DNA of 64,000 nt from Polyangiales bacterium (lineage in GTDB: Bacteria > Myxococcota_A > Polyangia > Polyangiales > Ga0077539). The stretch spans positions 256,001 to 320,000 of the forward strand of contig JBGARZ010000004.1 in NCBI GenBank assembly GCA_044229975.1. Direction: 5' to 3'. The position numbers were made by a program, and so were the translations under genes. The number at the start of each line of letters is the position of its first letter. Position 1 is the first letter of the stretch. Shown here piece after piece: positions 9,710 to 18,770 of the stretch. Below the pieces are notes generated by a model, which was not told the origin of the DNA, did not search any database, and saw only the letters and a program-made list of their open reading frames with translations.

Positions 9710-10231
9710 GTGGACGAATCTCCGAAGACACTCTTCGCGCTGCACCTTCGCACCTCGGGTCCCGGGATCGTCGCGGGGGCCGCGCGTCGAGCAACCACCG
9801 AGTCCAGGTGTGAGGCCGCTGCCATACGGTGGTCGGGTTGTCGCACCTTCGGCACGACCACGCGCGCCGAGCTGGTCGCGCTCCTGGGAGCACCCGACAG
9901 CGAGGATGGCGCCACCGTGGGGTACCTGCTCGAAGGCTGGCCGGGCTATCGCTACCAGTTTCGATTCGACCGCAACGGCCGGCTGCGCGACGAAGGCTTC
10001 GAGCGAACACGCGCGACCCTGAACACGTGCGCGATCCGAGAACACCCCGACTGGCAGCACGTGCTCGTCTCGATCGGCGCGACCCGGTCGGAGGTCCGCG
10101 CGATTCTTGGCGCGCCCGACGACGAGTCGGGCTGGTGGCCCATCGAGGACTGGCAATACGGCAACGAACTCGTCGTCGAGTTTCGGCACGGCATCGTGGA
10201 GTGCGTCGCCGCTCCGCCTCCGAAGCTGTAA
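9710..10231 (+). CDS. Hypothetical protein with two SmpA/BamE-like repeats
   Basis: TRAELVALLGAPD and TRSEVRAILGAPD duplication. Confidence 0.6.
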   Translation: MDESPKTLFALHLRTSGPGIVAGAARRATTESRCEAAAIRWSGCRTFGTTTRAELVALLGAPDSEDGATVGYLLEGWPGYRYQFRFDRNGRLRDEGFERTRATLNTCAIREHPDWQHVLVSIGATRSEVRAILGAPDDESGWWPIEDWQYGNELVVEFRHGIVECVAAPPPKL

Positions 10232-10248
10232 TCCCTTCGGGCCTCGGC

Positions 10249-11055
10249 TCACATCTCTGCGGATGAATCGTCGTCGGCTTCGTCGGACCCGACCACACAC
10301 CTGAGCGCCGCCCGATCGACCCACAGCGGTGCGTTGTGGCCGTCGAGGGTGAGCGACACCCAGCGGACGCCGCGCCGATCGAACACCTCATTGGAGAGAG
10401 GGACCACGTCTCCAGGCGCCAGCGTCGCAGCCACGGGCGTCACCGGAAGGCCCCGGCGCCAACCCCGCTCGCTACCGCGCTCGACCCACCGCGAGACCGC
10501 GATGTCGGCAGCCGGAAGCGGCAGCGCGGGCGCGTGGCGCAGGGCGCGAGCGCGCCGACACTCCGACGGGGGGCCGAGTGCGCCGAGCTGCCTGCGCGGC
10601 AGGTGATCGAGCGCGCTCTCGTAGGCGGTGCCCGTCCAACGGAACACCAGGAGGTAGCGAAGGCGCGCATCCTGATCCCACTCGGCAAACTCCAGGTCGA
10701 CGACGCCGTTGGTGCGGGAGGTCAGGGCCCAGGCGTCGTCGGCGCGCTCTTGCAACACGGCTCGCCACCCGTCGGCCGTGCCGAACTCGACGACGTGGTC
10801 GGCGTTGCCCCCGCCGCGGGAGTCGCGCATCAAGACCACCCGGTCGGTGCGCCCGTCGCCGTCGAAGTCGCCCTTCTCCTCCGTGGTGAATTCGCAATCC
10901 TTCCAACACTGCTCCTCGTCGAGGTCGGCCCGGGTCATCACGTGCGGCCTCGGCGTTGCTGTCGGAGTCGGCGCATGCGCGGGGAGCACGGCCGCCGTCA
11001 CCACCAGGAGCGCGGCCGTGTGGAGACCGAAGAGCATTGCGAACGGTCGGAGCAT
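10249..11055 (-). CDS. Hypothetical secreted protein
   Basis: Signal peptide MLRPFAMLFGLHTAALLVVTAAVLPAHA; GDFDGDG motif; the real start lies inside the longer called ORF. Confidence 0.6.
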   Translation of the reverse strand: MLRPFAMLFGLHTAALLVVTAAVLPAHAPTPTATPRPHVMTRADLDEEQCWKDCEFTTEEKGDFDGDGRTDRVVLMRDSRGGGNADHVVEFGTADGWRAVLQERADDAWALTSRTNGVVDLEFAEWDQDARLRYLLVFRWTGTAYESALDHLPRRQLGALGPPSECRRARALRHAPALPLPAADIAVSRWVERGSERGWRRGLPVTPVAATLAPGDVVPLSNEVFDRRGVRWVSLTLDGHNAPLWVDRAALRCVVGSDEADDDSSAEM

Positions 11056-11108
11056 TGGTCGGCGATTGAGCGCGCGTCGGGCAGGTCGCGCAAGTTCCGG
11101 CAAGGCAC

Positions 11109-12791
11109 TCACGCATCGGGGTCCGCTGAAGCGCGGGCGGCGACGGTGATCTCGTCGTCCGTCGGGTTCTCCGCCGCGAGCCTCGCGAGCCGGGCGCGCG
11201 CTTCGTCCGCGTGGGCCTCGCTGCCGCGCGCGATCGCCTGGAGCACCTGCGCGAACACCCGCCGCCCGAGGCCCTCTCCCGGTGGGAGCGACGTGAGCGC
11301 GTCGACCCGCTGCGCCCAGCGCCACGCCGCCTCGCAGTCGCCCGCGGCGAGCCACGCCTCCGCCCGCGACCTCGCGCCGTTGACGAAGAAGCGCATCAGC
11401 ATCGCCTCGCTCAGGTGCGCGCGGAGGAGCGCCTCCAGCGCGTCCACGCTCGCGTCGGCCGGCTCGGGCTCGCCCCGCAGGCGCCGCGCCTTCTCGATCG
11501 CGCAGAGCGCCTTGCCCAGCGCCTCGCGGGTGACGGCGTCGTCGCGGCGCCCGGCGCACTCGACGACCGACTCGGCGGTCGCGATCGCGCCGTCGAGGTC
11601 GCCGCGGTCGACCAGCGAGAGCGCGCGGCTGCCGACGGAGAGCGCCCAGTAGCGCTCGGCGGCAGAGCGCGGGCGCCTGGCGACCAGACGGGTGAGCCGC
11701 GCGTGCCAGCGCGCCTCGCGGGCGTCGTCGCGGGCCACGCGGGCGCACCAGGTGAAATCCTGGATGGCCTCGGCCAGCAGGTCGGTCGCGCGCGTCATCG
11801 TCGTCCGCGTCGCCGCCGACCACATCGCCGCGAGCTGGGCCTCCGCGCGGTCGAGGTGCTCGCACGCCTCGGCGACGGGCTCCGCGCGGCCCGCCCCCCA
11901 GCACCAGCTCTGCTCGCCGTACGCGACCACCAGCGACTTCGCTCCGACGGCCCACTCCACGACGAACTCCCGCCGCCGCAGGTCGCGCCGCCCCGTCGCC
12001 TCGTCGCGGAGCGCCCGCAGCGCGTCGACCTCACGAGCGAGGCCGGGGAGGTCGTCGTTGGCGGCGAGGTCGAGGGCGACGTTGCGGGTCGCCCGCGCGA
12101 GGTCGAGGGCAACGAGCGCACGCGTGCTTTCGGACTCTGCGTCGCGGGCGAGCTGGTCGCGCCAGGGGGCGATCTCCCCCCAGCGCTTCTTCCGCCGCAG
12201 CCGGTCGGTGCACAAGAACGCCGTCCACGCCCAGCGCCCGCGCAGCCCGGTGTCGTCAGGAGCGCGGTCGACCTTCCGACGGAGCGAGCGGGCGAGCCGG
12301 ACCATCGCGTCGGGGTCGCCCGCGGTGAGCGCCTCGGTCGCGTCGGCGCACGAGGCCAGCACCAGCCCATCTTGGGGATGGGCGGCGTGGAGCGCCTCGG
12401 CCCGCGCGAGCACGTCGCCGCGCGCCGCGACGTCGAGGCAGGCGGGCTCGCGGGCTACGGTCGCCAGCGCGTGCCCGTAGACCTGTGCGACGGCCGGGCG
12501 CCGCGCGAGCGCTTCGTGCAGCCGGTCGAGCGCGGCGAGGTGCGCGACGAGGCCCGCGCCGTCGCTCGCTCGCAGGAGCCCGTAGGTGAGCGTGACCGAG
12601 GCCACGCGGAACGACCGCGCGGCTTGCGGTGACCGCGGGTGTCGCGCGCAGAGCGCGGCGGCGTCGTCGAAGACCGCGCGGAGCTCGCCGACGTCGGCGG
12701 CGCGGTAGCAGCGCGCGCGGAGTCGCTCGGCCTCGTCGCGGAGCGTCTTGCGCGCGGAGGCGCCGCCCCGGTGGTCGTCAGGTTCGCCCAT
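11109..12791 (-). CDS. Hypothetical alpha-helical (TPR-like) protein
   Basis: Long ORF with typical codon bias; Ala/Leu-rich amphipathic helices. Confidence 0.65.
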   Translation of the reverse strand: MGEPDDHRGGASARKTLRDEAERLRARCYRAADVGELRAVFDDAAALCARHPRSPQAARSFRVASVTLTYGLLRASDGAGLVAHLAALDRLHEALARRPAVAQVYGHALATVAREPACLDVAARGDVLARAEALHAAHPQDGLVLASCADATEALTAGDPDAMVRLARSLRRKVDRAPDDTGLRGRWAWTAFLCTDRLRRKKRWGEIAPWRDQLARDAESESTRALVALDLARATRNVALDLAANDDLPGLAREVDALRALRDEATGRRDLRRREFVVEWAVGAKSLVVAYGEQSWCWGAGRAEPVAEACEHLDRAEAQLAAMWSAATRTTMTRATDLLAEAIQDFTWCARVARDDAREARWHARLTRLVARRPRSAAERYWALSVGSRALSLVDRGDLDGAIATAESVVECAGRRDDAVTREALGKALCAIEKARRLRGEPEPADASVDALEALLRAHLSEAMLMRFFVNGARSRAEAWLAAGDCEAAWRWAQRVDALTSLPPGEGLGRRVFAQVLQAIARGSEAHADEARARLARLAAENPTDDEITVAARASADPDA

Positions 12792-12928
12792 CAACGAGAC
12801 CCTAACAGAGCGCCTTCCTCCGTCGACCGGTTGCCATCGGCACGGATGCTTCTCGCGGCCTCGTTGAGGTACCTATCAGCGATCGTCGCCTTCGGCTGAC
12901 TCGACAGATCTCTTCAGGAAGACCCTGG

Positions 12929-13870
12929 ATGTTCAAGCGCGATTGGTTCTGCTGGAGAGAGTTCGCTACGACCCTGCTGTCTCGGCGCGTACGCGTCTCG
13001 TTCCCGACCGCTGACGGGTACACCGTCGTGTCCGAAGAAGGCGGCCACGAGGTGGCGACCCGTCGCGTACACCCCGACTTCGACGCGGCCCTCGCGGCCT
13101 ACCGTGCCGAGATCGCGGCGCTCACCAGCGGAGACTTCTTCGAGCACCCGCGGCCTCGCGTCATGGAGCGCGTGCACGAGGGCGTACGCCAGGCCTTCCT
13201 CATCCGCTGGCCAACGACCGCGCGGGTCGAGTGGACCCTCTCGCGCTGGGACGGCACCGACCCGCTGCGATGGAACATCGAGTTCCCCGAGACGCTCGGC
13301 GGCGCGATCGCAGAGTTCGACGACCGCTGCCTCGCGGCCCGGAACATCGGGTTTCGCGACTGGGTTCCGCGCTGGCCCGAGGGCTTCGAGGTCGTCGCGT
13401 CGGACAGTCTCTTCACCGAGCACACGACGTGGACCGACGACACGCCGCCCGCCGCGAAGCACCGCTGGTTCAGCGCGCCGGGTCACCCCGAAGTCGGCCC
13501 GGAGTGGCACGCGCAGCGCGACGGGATCTTCATCGTGCTGTGCCAGATCGATGGGCGCGCCGAGGGTCCCACGGTCTACTTCGGCGCCGACCGCTTCGCC
13601 GGAGTGATGATCCATCAGGCGGGCAGGAGTCAGGGCCTCACGATCTTCCCGAAGGCCGACGGCGGCATCGAGTCGATGACCGTCTTCGACGCCGACGCGA
13701 AGCGCTTCTCGATCGTGTGCAGGGACACCGGCCGGACCGCCACCGCGTCCCTCCGCTGGACCCCCGACGATCGGCCTGACCTCAGGGTCCCGGAGCGTGA
13801 CTTCGGCGCCCTCGACCTCGCATACAGCGCCCGGTATGGCTGCGACGTCCGCGTGACACGTGTCCGCGGC
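12929..13870 (+). CDS. N-terminal part of a WGR-like/LRR protein (probably frameshifted into 13860..15011)
   Basis: Protein-like sequence up to ~13860 with two WGR-like helices (FDAALAAYRAEIAAL..GDFFE; AIAEFDDRCLAARNIGF), then off-frame Arg-rich read-through. Confidence 0.5.
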
Positions 13871-15011
13871 GCTCACCGACGCGCCCGACGTCGCGGCGTT
13901 TCAGCGCGCCTGCGTTCTGTTCGCGCGGGCCTACGCCAGGGACCCTGCGCGCGCGCTCGCCGAGAGCCTGCTCCCCTTCGTCGAAGCGACGAGCGCGTGG
14001 CCTCCCGAGACGCGCGTGGCGCCCGCGTTCTGGATCAACGACCTCGTCGAAAGGCGCCTTCCCAACGAAGCGCTGCGCCCCATCGCGGCCCTTCGCGTGC
14101 TCGACCTCGCGGTCGACACCAGGGACCACTACCTCTGCACGCGGCAGGTCTTCGCGGCGCGGCTCGATCGGCTGCGTGCGTGGCTCTCGGCGCTCCCCGA
14201 CGACCCGAGCTTCGCGCTCGACGTGCTCGACCTCAGCCTCACCGCGTGGAGCGCGCACTCGCACTCGCTCCCTCCCGCGGCGTGCAACGACGGCTTCGAC
14301 CTGCGCACCCGAGACTTCGACGCGTCGCTCGTCGAGCAGATGCTCCGCAGCCCGCTCGCGCCGAAGCTCCGCGCGCTGGTGGTCTCGCGCCTCCCGTGGT
14401 CCGACGCCTCGCCCGGCAATCACGACAGCTACCTCGATGCCGAGGGTCGGCAGCAGGGCCCCGCCGTGGAGTACGACCGCCGTCCGGGCTTCCTGGAGCG
14501 CCTCGCGCGCATGCCTTGCGCCGCGACCCTCCAGACGCTGATCGCGCGCAACGCCGAGCTGATCGATCCGTCCGCCGGCGTCGCGCTGCCCGCGCTCAAG
14601 ACGCTCGACGTCGGGTTCGGCTCTAGCCAGCCGAACGAGCTGCTCACGTCGCTCGCGAAGGGATGGGCGCCGAAGCTCAAGACGCTGCCGCTGGAGCCGT
14701 CGCCCAGCGTGCGATGGGCGTTGGCGCTCGAAGACCCGAGGCAGCGGGCGCGCCTTCGGGAGGACGATGATGGGTTCTTCTCGCACGACTACTGCTGCGA
14801 ACCGCGGGAGCTGCTGCTGACGCGCGCTGCGATCGCGCCGCTGCTCGCGCGAAAGGGTGTGCCGAAGCTCGCGACGATCGTCGGCGGCGGCGAAGCGGGT
14901 CGCTTTGCCACGCCCAGCGGCGGACCGAAGCTGGCGCGGAAGCCGTCGGGGCGTCGCGGCCTCCTCGACCTCGGCGTGGTGCCTTGGGGCGTTCCGTCGA
15001 CGTCGGGCTGA
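13860..15011 (+). CDS. Leucine-rich-repeat-like protein
   Basis: Repeated LxxLxL motifs: LRVLDL, LDVLDL, LRALVV, LQTLIA, LKTLDV, LKTLPL. Confidence 0.6.
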   Translation: MSAALTDAPDVAAFQRACVLFARAYARDPARALAESLLPFVEATSAWPPETRVAPAFWINDLVERRLPNEALRPIAALRVLDLAVDTRDHYLCTRQVFAARLDRLRAWLSALPDDPSFALDVLDLSLTAWSAHSHSLPPAACNDGFDLRTRDFDASLVEQMLRSPLAPKLRALVVSRLPWSDASPGNHDSYLDAEGRQQGPAVEYDRRPGFLERLARMPCAATLQTLIARNAELIDPSAGVALPALKTLDVGFGSSQPNELLTSLAKGWAPKLKTLPLEPSPSVRWALALEDPRQRARLREDDDGFFSHDYCCEPRELLLTRAAIAPLLARKGVPKLATIVGGGEAGRFATPSGGPKLARKPSGRRGLLDLGVVPWGVPSTSG

Positions 15012-15112
15012 TCTGCTCCAGCGGGTCGCTCCGGTGGAACACGCAAGGCGTAGGCAGGCGAGCGATGTGTGGTTTGTCGGAACCATCCCGAACCGCTAAC
15101 GTCGACCCGAGG

Positions 15113-15307
15113 ATGGCCATGAGCGCGAACGCCAACGACGACTTCGATCCCAAGGCACGGGCTGCCGAGAAGCAGGCGTCGCGCGACGAGGACGACGCGG
15201 ACCTGGCGTCCGGCGCGAAGAGCCGTGACGACTTGCGACGCGAGAATGGTGCGCTCGCCCAGCTACGAGTGAGGCCAGACTTCGCGGCGGCGCACGCCCG
15301 CCGCTGA
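15113..15307 (+). CDS. Small charged protein, putative antitoxin/partner
   Basis: 64-aa helical ORF (ARAAEKQASRDEDDADLASGAKSRDDLRRENG); its TGA overlaps the next ATG. Confidence 0.7.
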   Translation: MAMSANANDDFDPKARAAEKQASRDEDDADLASGAKSRDDLRRENGALAQLRVRPDFAAAHARR

Positions 15308-16110
15308 TGCCTCCGCCAATCTCGGCGCGTGACGTTCTCGCGCTCCTCGCGAGGCTCGGCGATGTTGCCGAACGCATCGTCCTGGTTGGTGGTCAGGCGG
15401 TGAACTTCTGGAGCGAATTCTACCTCGCGCAAGGGCGCGCCCCCGAGCTCCTTGCGGACGCGCCGTTCACCAGCAAGGACATCGACTTCTGCGGTAGCCA
15501 CGAAGCCGCGCGGCTGTTCGCCGCGAGGGTACGCCAGGGTCGCGCGAAGCTGGCCACGCTTGACGACGCCACACCCAACGTCGGTGTCGTGCTCTTCGTT
15601 GACGACGACGGTCACGAGCGCGTGGTCGACTTCCTCGGTGCGCCGTTCGGCATGAAGGCTCGCGAGGTCGAGGGCAACAGCGTGCGCCTCGACGTACTCG
15701 ATGACGCAGGCGCCACCACCGGGGTGACGTACCGCGTGATGCACCCGCTCGACTGCCTGGAGAGCCGCGTGCACAACGTCGTGGGGCTCGCTGACGCCTA
15801 TGACACCCCTCGGGGCCGACGACAGCTCCACGCGTCCCTGATCTGTGCTCGCGAGGCGCTGCGCGACATCATCGAGACTCTCGCAACGGACGCATTCGAC
15901 CCGGTGCGTGCGGTCCTCGATCTCAACGAGCGGATCTTCTCGCTGTGCCACCAGAGTGCCCACGGTCGGGTGGTGTTTCAGCGCACGGGCATCGACCCCT
16001 TCGATGCGGTACTGGTCGATCCTCGGCTCGGGGAGAAGTTCATCAAGGTCCGATGGCCGCAGATGCGACAGCGGCTGTCGGCGCGGCGCGCGAAGCTCGC
16101 GAACCGGTAG
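15307..16110 (+). CDS. Nucleotidyltransferase-fold (Pol-beta superfamily, AbiEii/DUF6036-like) protein, putative toxin
   Basis: VLVGGQAV, TSKDIDF and downstream VVDFL motifs. Confidence 0.75.
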   Translation: MPPPISARDVLALLARLGDVAERIVLVGGQAVNFWSEFYLAQGRAPELLADAPFTSKDIDFCGSHEAARLFAARVRQGRAKLATLDDATPNVGVVLFVDDDGHERVVDFLGAPFGMKAREVEGNSVRLDVLDDAGATTGVTYRVMHPLDCLESRVHNVVGLADAYDTPRGRRQLHASLICAREALRDIIETLATDAFDPVRAVLDLNERIFSLCHQSAHGRVVFQRTGIDPFDAVLVDPRLGEKFIKVRWPQMRQRLSARRAKLANR

Positions 16111-16163
16111 CGGCCGAAGGATGCGAAGCACCGCCGCTGGCGGGCACGCGTGCAGAGCTTCCC

Positions 16164-16952
16164 CTATTGGACCTGCACGTCGAGCGTGCGCGTCACCGAC
16201 CCGGCGCGCGCCGTGAGCGCCACCGAGCCTGGCGCGCGGCCCTCCACGTAGACGTGGTCGTCGACGATGCGCGCGCCCGACTGCCGCGCCCAGTTCAGGT
16301 TCACGTGCGTCGTGTCGGGCACCGTCCACTCGACGCCGTTGTTGGCGTAGAGCGGCTCGCCGTTGGCGTCGTACGGGACGCCGTTCATCGACCAGCTCTC
16401 CCCCGTCCGCAGCGCGACCTGATCGACGGCTTCGGTGGGCGAGGGGTTGCCGGTCGGCTCGCGGACGACGACGAGGCGCGCGGGCGTCGCGACCCGCAGG
16501 ACGAAGGCGCCGAGCGTCACGCCCGCGCGGGTGAGGGTGATGGTCGCCGACCCGGGTGCCAGGGCGTGCACCGCGAAGAGGCCGCGGTAGGTCGAGCCTT
16601 CGAGCGCGCCGGACACGTCGGCGTGGACGACGCCGACCACCCGCGGGTCGGACGACGTGGCGATGGCGTCGTCGTTGCGATGAACACCCGCGACGTCGAA
16701 GCGGACAAACTCGTCGACGCCGGTCATCAGCGGGTGATCGACCGGGCAGGCGTCGCCCTCGAAGGGGTTGCACCCGCGGCTCATGCCGAAGTGGAACGAC
16801 GCGCCCGTCGGCTCATCAGGCGCCGCGGTGGCTGGGTCGGTGATGCCGGGTCGGACGACGGGCGCGCTCCCCGAGTCGTCGCCGAGACAGCCTCCGAGCG
16901 AGTGCGAGAGAAGGAGCAGACCGAAGGTCCCGATGACGTGGTGGCGGTTCAT
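16164..16952 (-). CDS. Lipoprotein with Ig-like domains
   Basis: Lipobox LGGC; SSDPRVV, ALAPGSATITL and GRAPGSVALTA beta-sandwich (Big_2-like) motifs. Confidence 0.7.
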   Translation of the reverse strand: MNRHHVIGTFGLLLLSHSLGGCLGDDSGSAPVVRPGITDPATAAPDEPTGASFHFGMSRGCNPFEGDACPVDHPLMTGVDEFVRFDVAGVHRNDDAIATSSDPRVVGVVHADVSGALEGSTYRGLFAVHALAPGSATITLTRAGVTLGAFVLRVATPARLVVVREPTGNPSPTEAVDQVALRTGESWSMNGVPYDANGEPLYANNGVEWTVPDTTHVNLNWARQSGARIVDDHVYVEGRAPGSVALTARAGSVTRTLDVQVQ

Positions 16953-16989
16953 GATGTGGTGCCTCGCTTTGGGGGTCTGCGGCACCCAT

Positions 16990-17005
16990 TGCAGCGCATG
17001 GGCCA
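16990..17005 (-). promoter_or_regulatory. Putative sigma54 -24/-12 promoter
   Basis: Minus strand TGGCCCATGCGCTGCA with exact GG-N10-GC spacing, ~40 bp upstream of the 16952 ATG. Confidence 0.55.
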
Positions 17006-17156
17006 CGTCGTGAGATGCTGCCAATCCGCCTGAAAACAGCGGACCCGGCGCGCCCGGCTCGGGTCGGGATCCGGCGCGGCGCGTGGCCACCCCAACGACC
17101 CACGCGTGGCGGGTCGCGTAGCCGCCGCGCGGGAGAGATCGCAACGTCACGCCGAA

Positions 17157-17192
17157 ACACTTTCACAGTGACCCGACTCACTGTGAAAGTGT
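17157..17192. promoter_or_regulatory. Perfect 15-6-15 AT-rich palindrome (operator/UAS candidate)
   Basis: ACACTTTCACAGTGA-cccgac-TCACTGTGAAAGTGT. Confidence 0.6.
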
Positions 17193-17403
17193 CTCGTGCG
17201 CCTCCGGCGATTGTCGTCTCTGGGCGCTGGACGAGCGAACCAGCCCTTTCAACGTGGCTCAAGCGAGCCTGCGAGGAACCGGCGTTCGTGAGAACGCCGG
17301 AACTTTGTGGGGACGACGACATGGCCGTCCTCGCCCACTGCCGCCAACACCTACTTCGAACCCCAGTTTTCGCGGCGATGGTCGATCGAGTTAGCCTGCC
17401 GCC

Positions 17404-18069
17404 ATGTCCATCACCTTTCCTCGTCTCGTCGTCCTCGCGCATGGCCACATCGACTACGAGCGCGACCTCTGTCGCCCGCTCCTCGGCGTGAGGGGCGCGA
17501 AGAACCCGCACGTCGCCGTGGCGACCGGGATGCAAGACAGGTCCTTCGTGCTGGCGCCACGCAGCGGAAACCGCGCGGCCGACGAGGCGTTGATCGCGCA
17601 GGCCACCAGCGCGGTGCGCGCCCAGACGTGGTCGTTCAGCGTCGCCGAGATGGGAGGGTTCTTGTTCTGGAAGAAGCCCAGCATGCTTCGCGGGATGGGC
17701 GATGCGAGCGTCCCCATCGCGCAGATGACCACCGACGGCGGCGGCATCGACGACCTCGCCACCGAGCTGCTGCTCATCCCCGAAGCGATGGCCGAGGCGT
17801 CGCGTCAGCTCCGCTCGGACACGCTGTTCTGCGCGGTGCCGAAGCGCGGCTGGCTGCTCGTCTCGCGCGGCGAGATCGGCAACCCCTTCGCCGCCCAGAA
17901 CCTGCACGCCGCGGCCAGCGGCATCGCATCGCGGGGCGGCGCCTCGGCCATCGCCGGCGACGTCGTGCTGCTCTGGAGCGGTGGGAAGCTGGTCGGCGTC
18001 GACGGGCGCGACGGCAGCGGCGGCTACATCTCGATGCAGGGCGAAGACGAATCGACCTGGTGGCCCTGA
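17404..18069 (+). CDS. Hypothetical protein
   Basis: Strong codon bias; globular composition. Confidence 0.65.
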   Translation: MSITFPRLVVLAHGHIDYERDLCRPLLGVRGAKNPHVAVATGMQDRSFVLAPRSGNRAADEALIAQATSAVRAQTWSFSVAEMGGFLFWKKPSMLRGMGDASVPIAQMTTDGGGIDDLATELLLIPEAMAEASRQLRSDTLFCAVPKRGWLLVSRGEIGNPFAAQNLHAAASGIASRGGASAIAGDVVLLWSGGKLVGVDGRDGSGGYISMQGEDESTWWP

Positions 18070-18124
18070 CCGATCGAACCACCGGGAGTTGCAGGGACGC
18101 AACCCGCGGGTTGAACATCGCGCG

Positions 18125-18727
18125 ATGTCCATGTCCTCCGGTCCAGAACCGCAGATCCCCCCGGCCGCCTACGCCTCGACCGCGGCGCCCGTCGGGCCGT
18201 GGTCGCCCCCGCAGGCGAGGACCGTCCCCGGCCCGCTGGCCAGCTGGGGCAGCCGTGCGGCGGCCACGATGATCGACGGCGTCATCATCCTGCTGCCGTT
18301 CTGTGTGTTGGGGGGCGTGGCCGTGGCGATGATCGACAACAACCGCGCCGCGAGCTACCCGAGCTATTCGAGCTCCTCGTCGAGCGACCCCATGCTGCTC
18401 ATGATCCTGCTCGGGATCGGCGGGCTCGCCTTCCTCGCGGTGAGCTTCCTCTACGCGCCGCTGCTGATGGCGCGTGATGGCGCGAAGAACGGCCAGACCT
18501 GGGGCCGGGAGATGGTCGGCATCCGGGCGGTGCGCGACAACGGTCAGCCCTGGGACTTCGGCACGGCGCTGCTGCGCGAGTTCGTCGTGAAGGGCCTCGC
18601 CGTGTCCGTGGTGTCGTCGATCGTCCCGTTCGTTCCTTGGATCCTCAACTACGGCTGGCCCCTCTGGGACCGCGAGAACCGCGCCGTCCACGACATCGTC
18701 GTGTCGAGCCACGTCATCCGCGCCTGA
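18125..18727 (+). CDS. RDD family membrane protein
   Basis: LASWGSRAAATMID, GQTWGREMVGIR, WDRENRAVHD. Confidence 0.9.
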   Translation: MSMSSGPEPQIPPAAYASTAAPVGPWSPPQARTVPGPLASWGSRAAATMIDGVIILLPFCVLGGVAVAMIDNNRAASYPSYSSSSSSDPMLLMILLGIGGLAFLAVSFLYAPLLMARDGAKNGQTWGREMVGIRAVRDNGQPWDFGTALLREFVVKGLAVSVVSSIVPFVPWILNYGWPLWDRENRAVHDIVVSSHVIRA

Positions 18728-18770
18728 CCCGCGCGAGTCCACACACCGAAGCGCGTCGCTTGCTCGCTCG

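Noticed and set aside
18100..18113. 14-bp palindrome CAACCCGCGGGTTG before the RDD gene
   Set aside because: Short and GC-centred; cannot be distinguished from chance without conservation data
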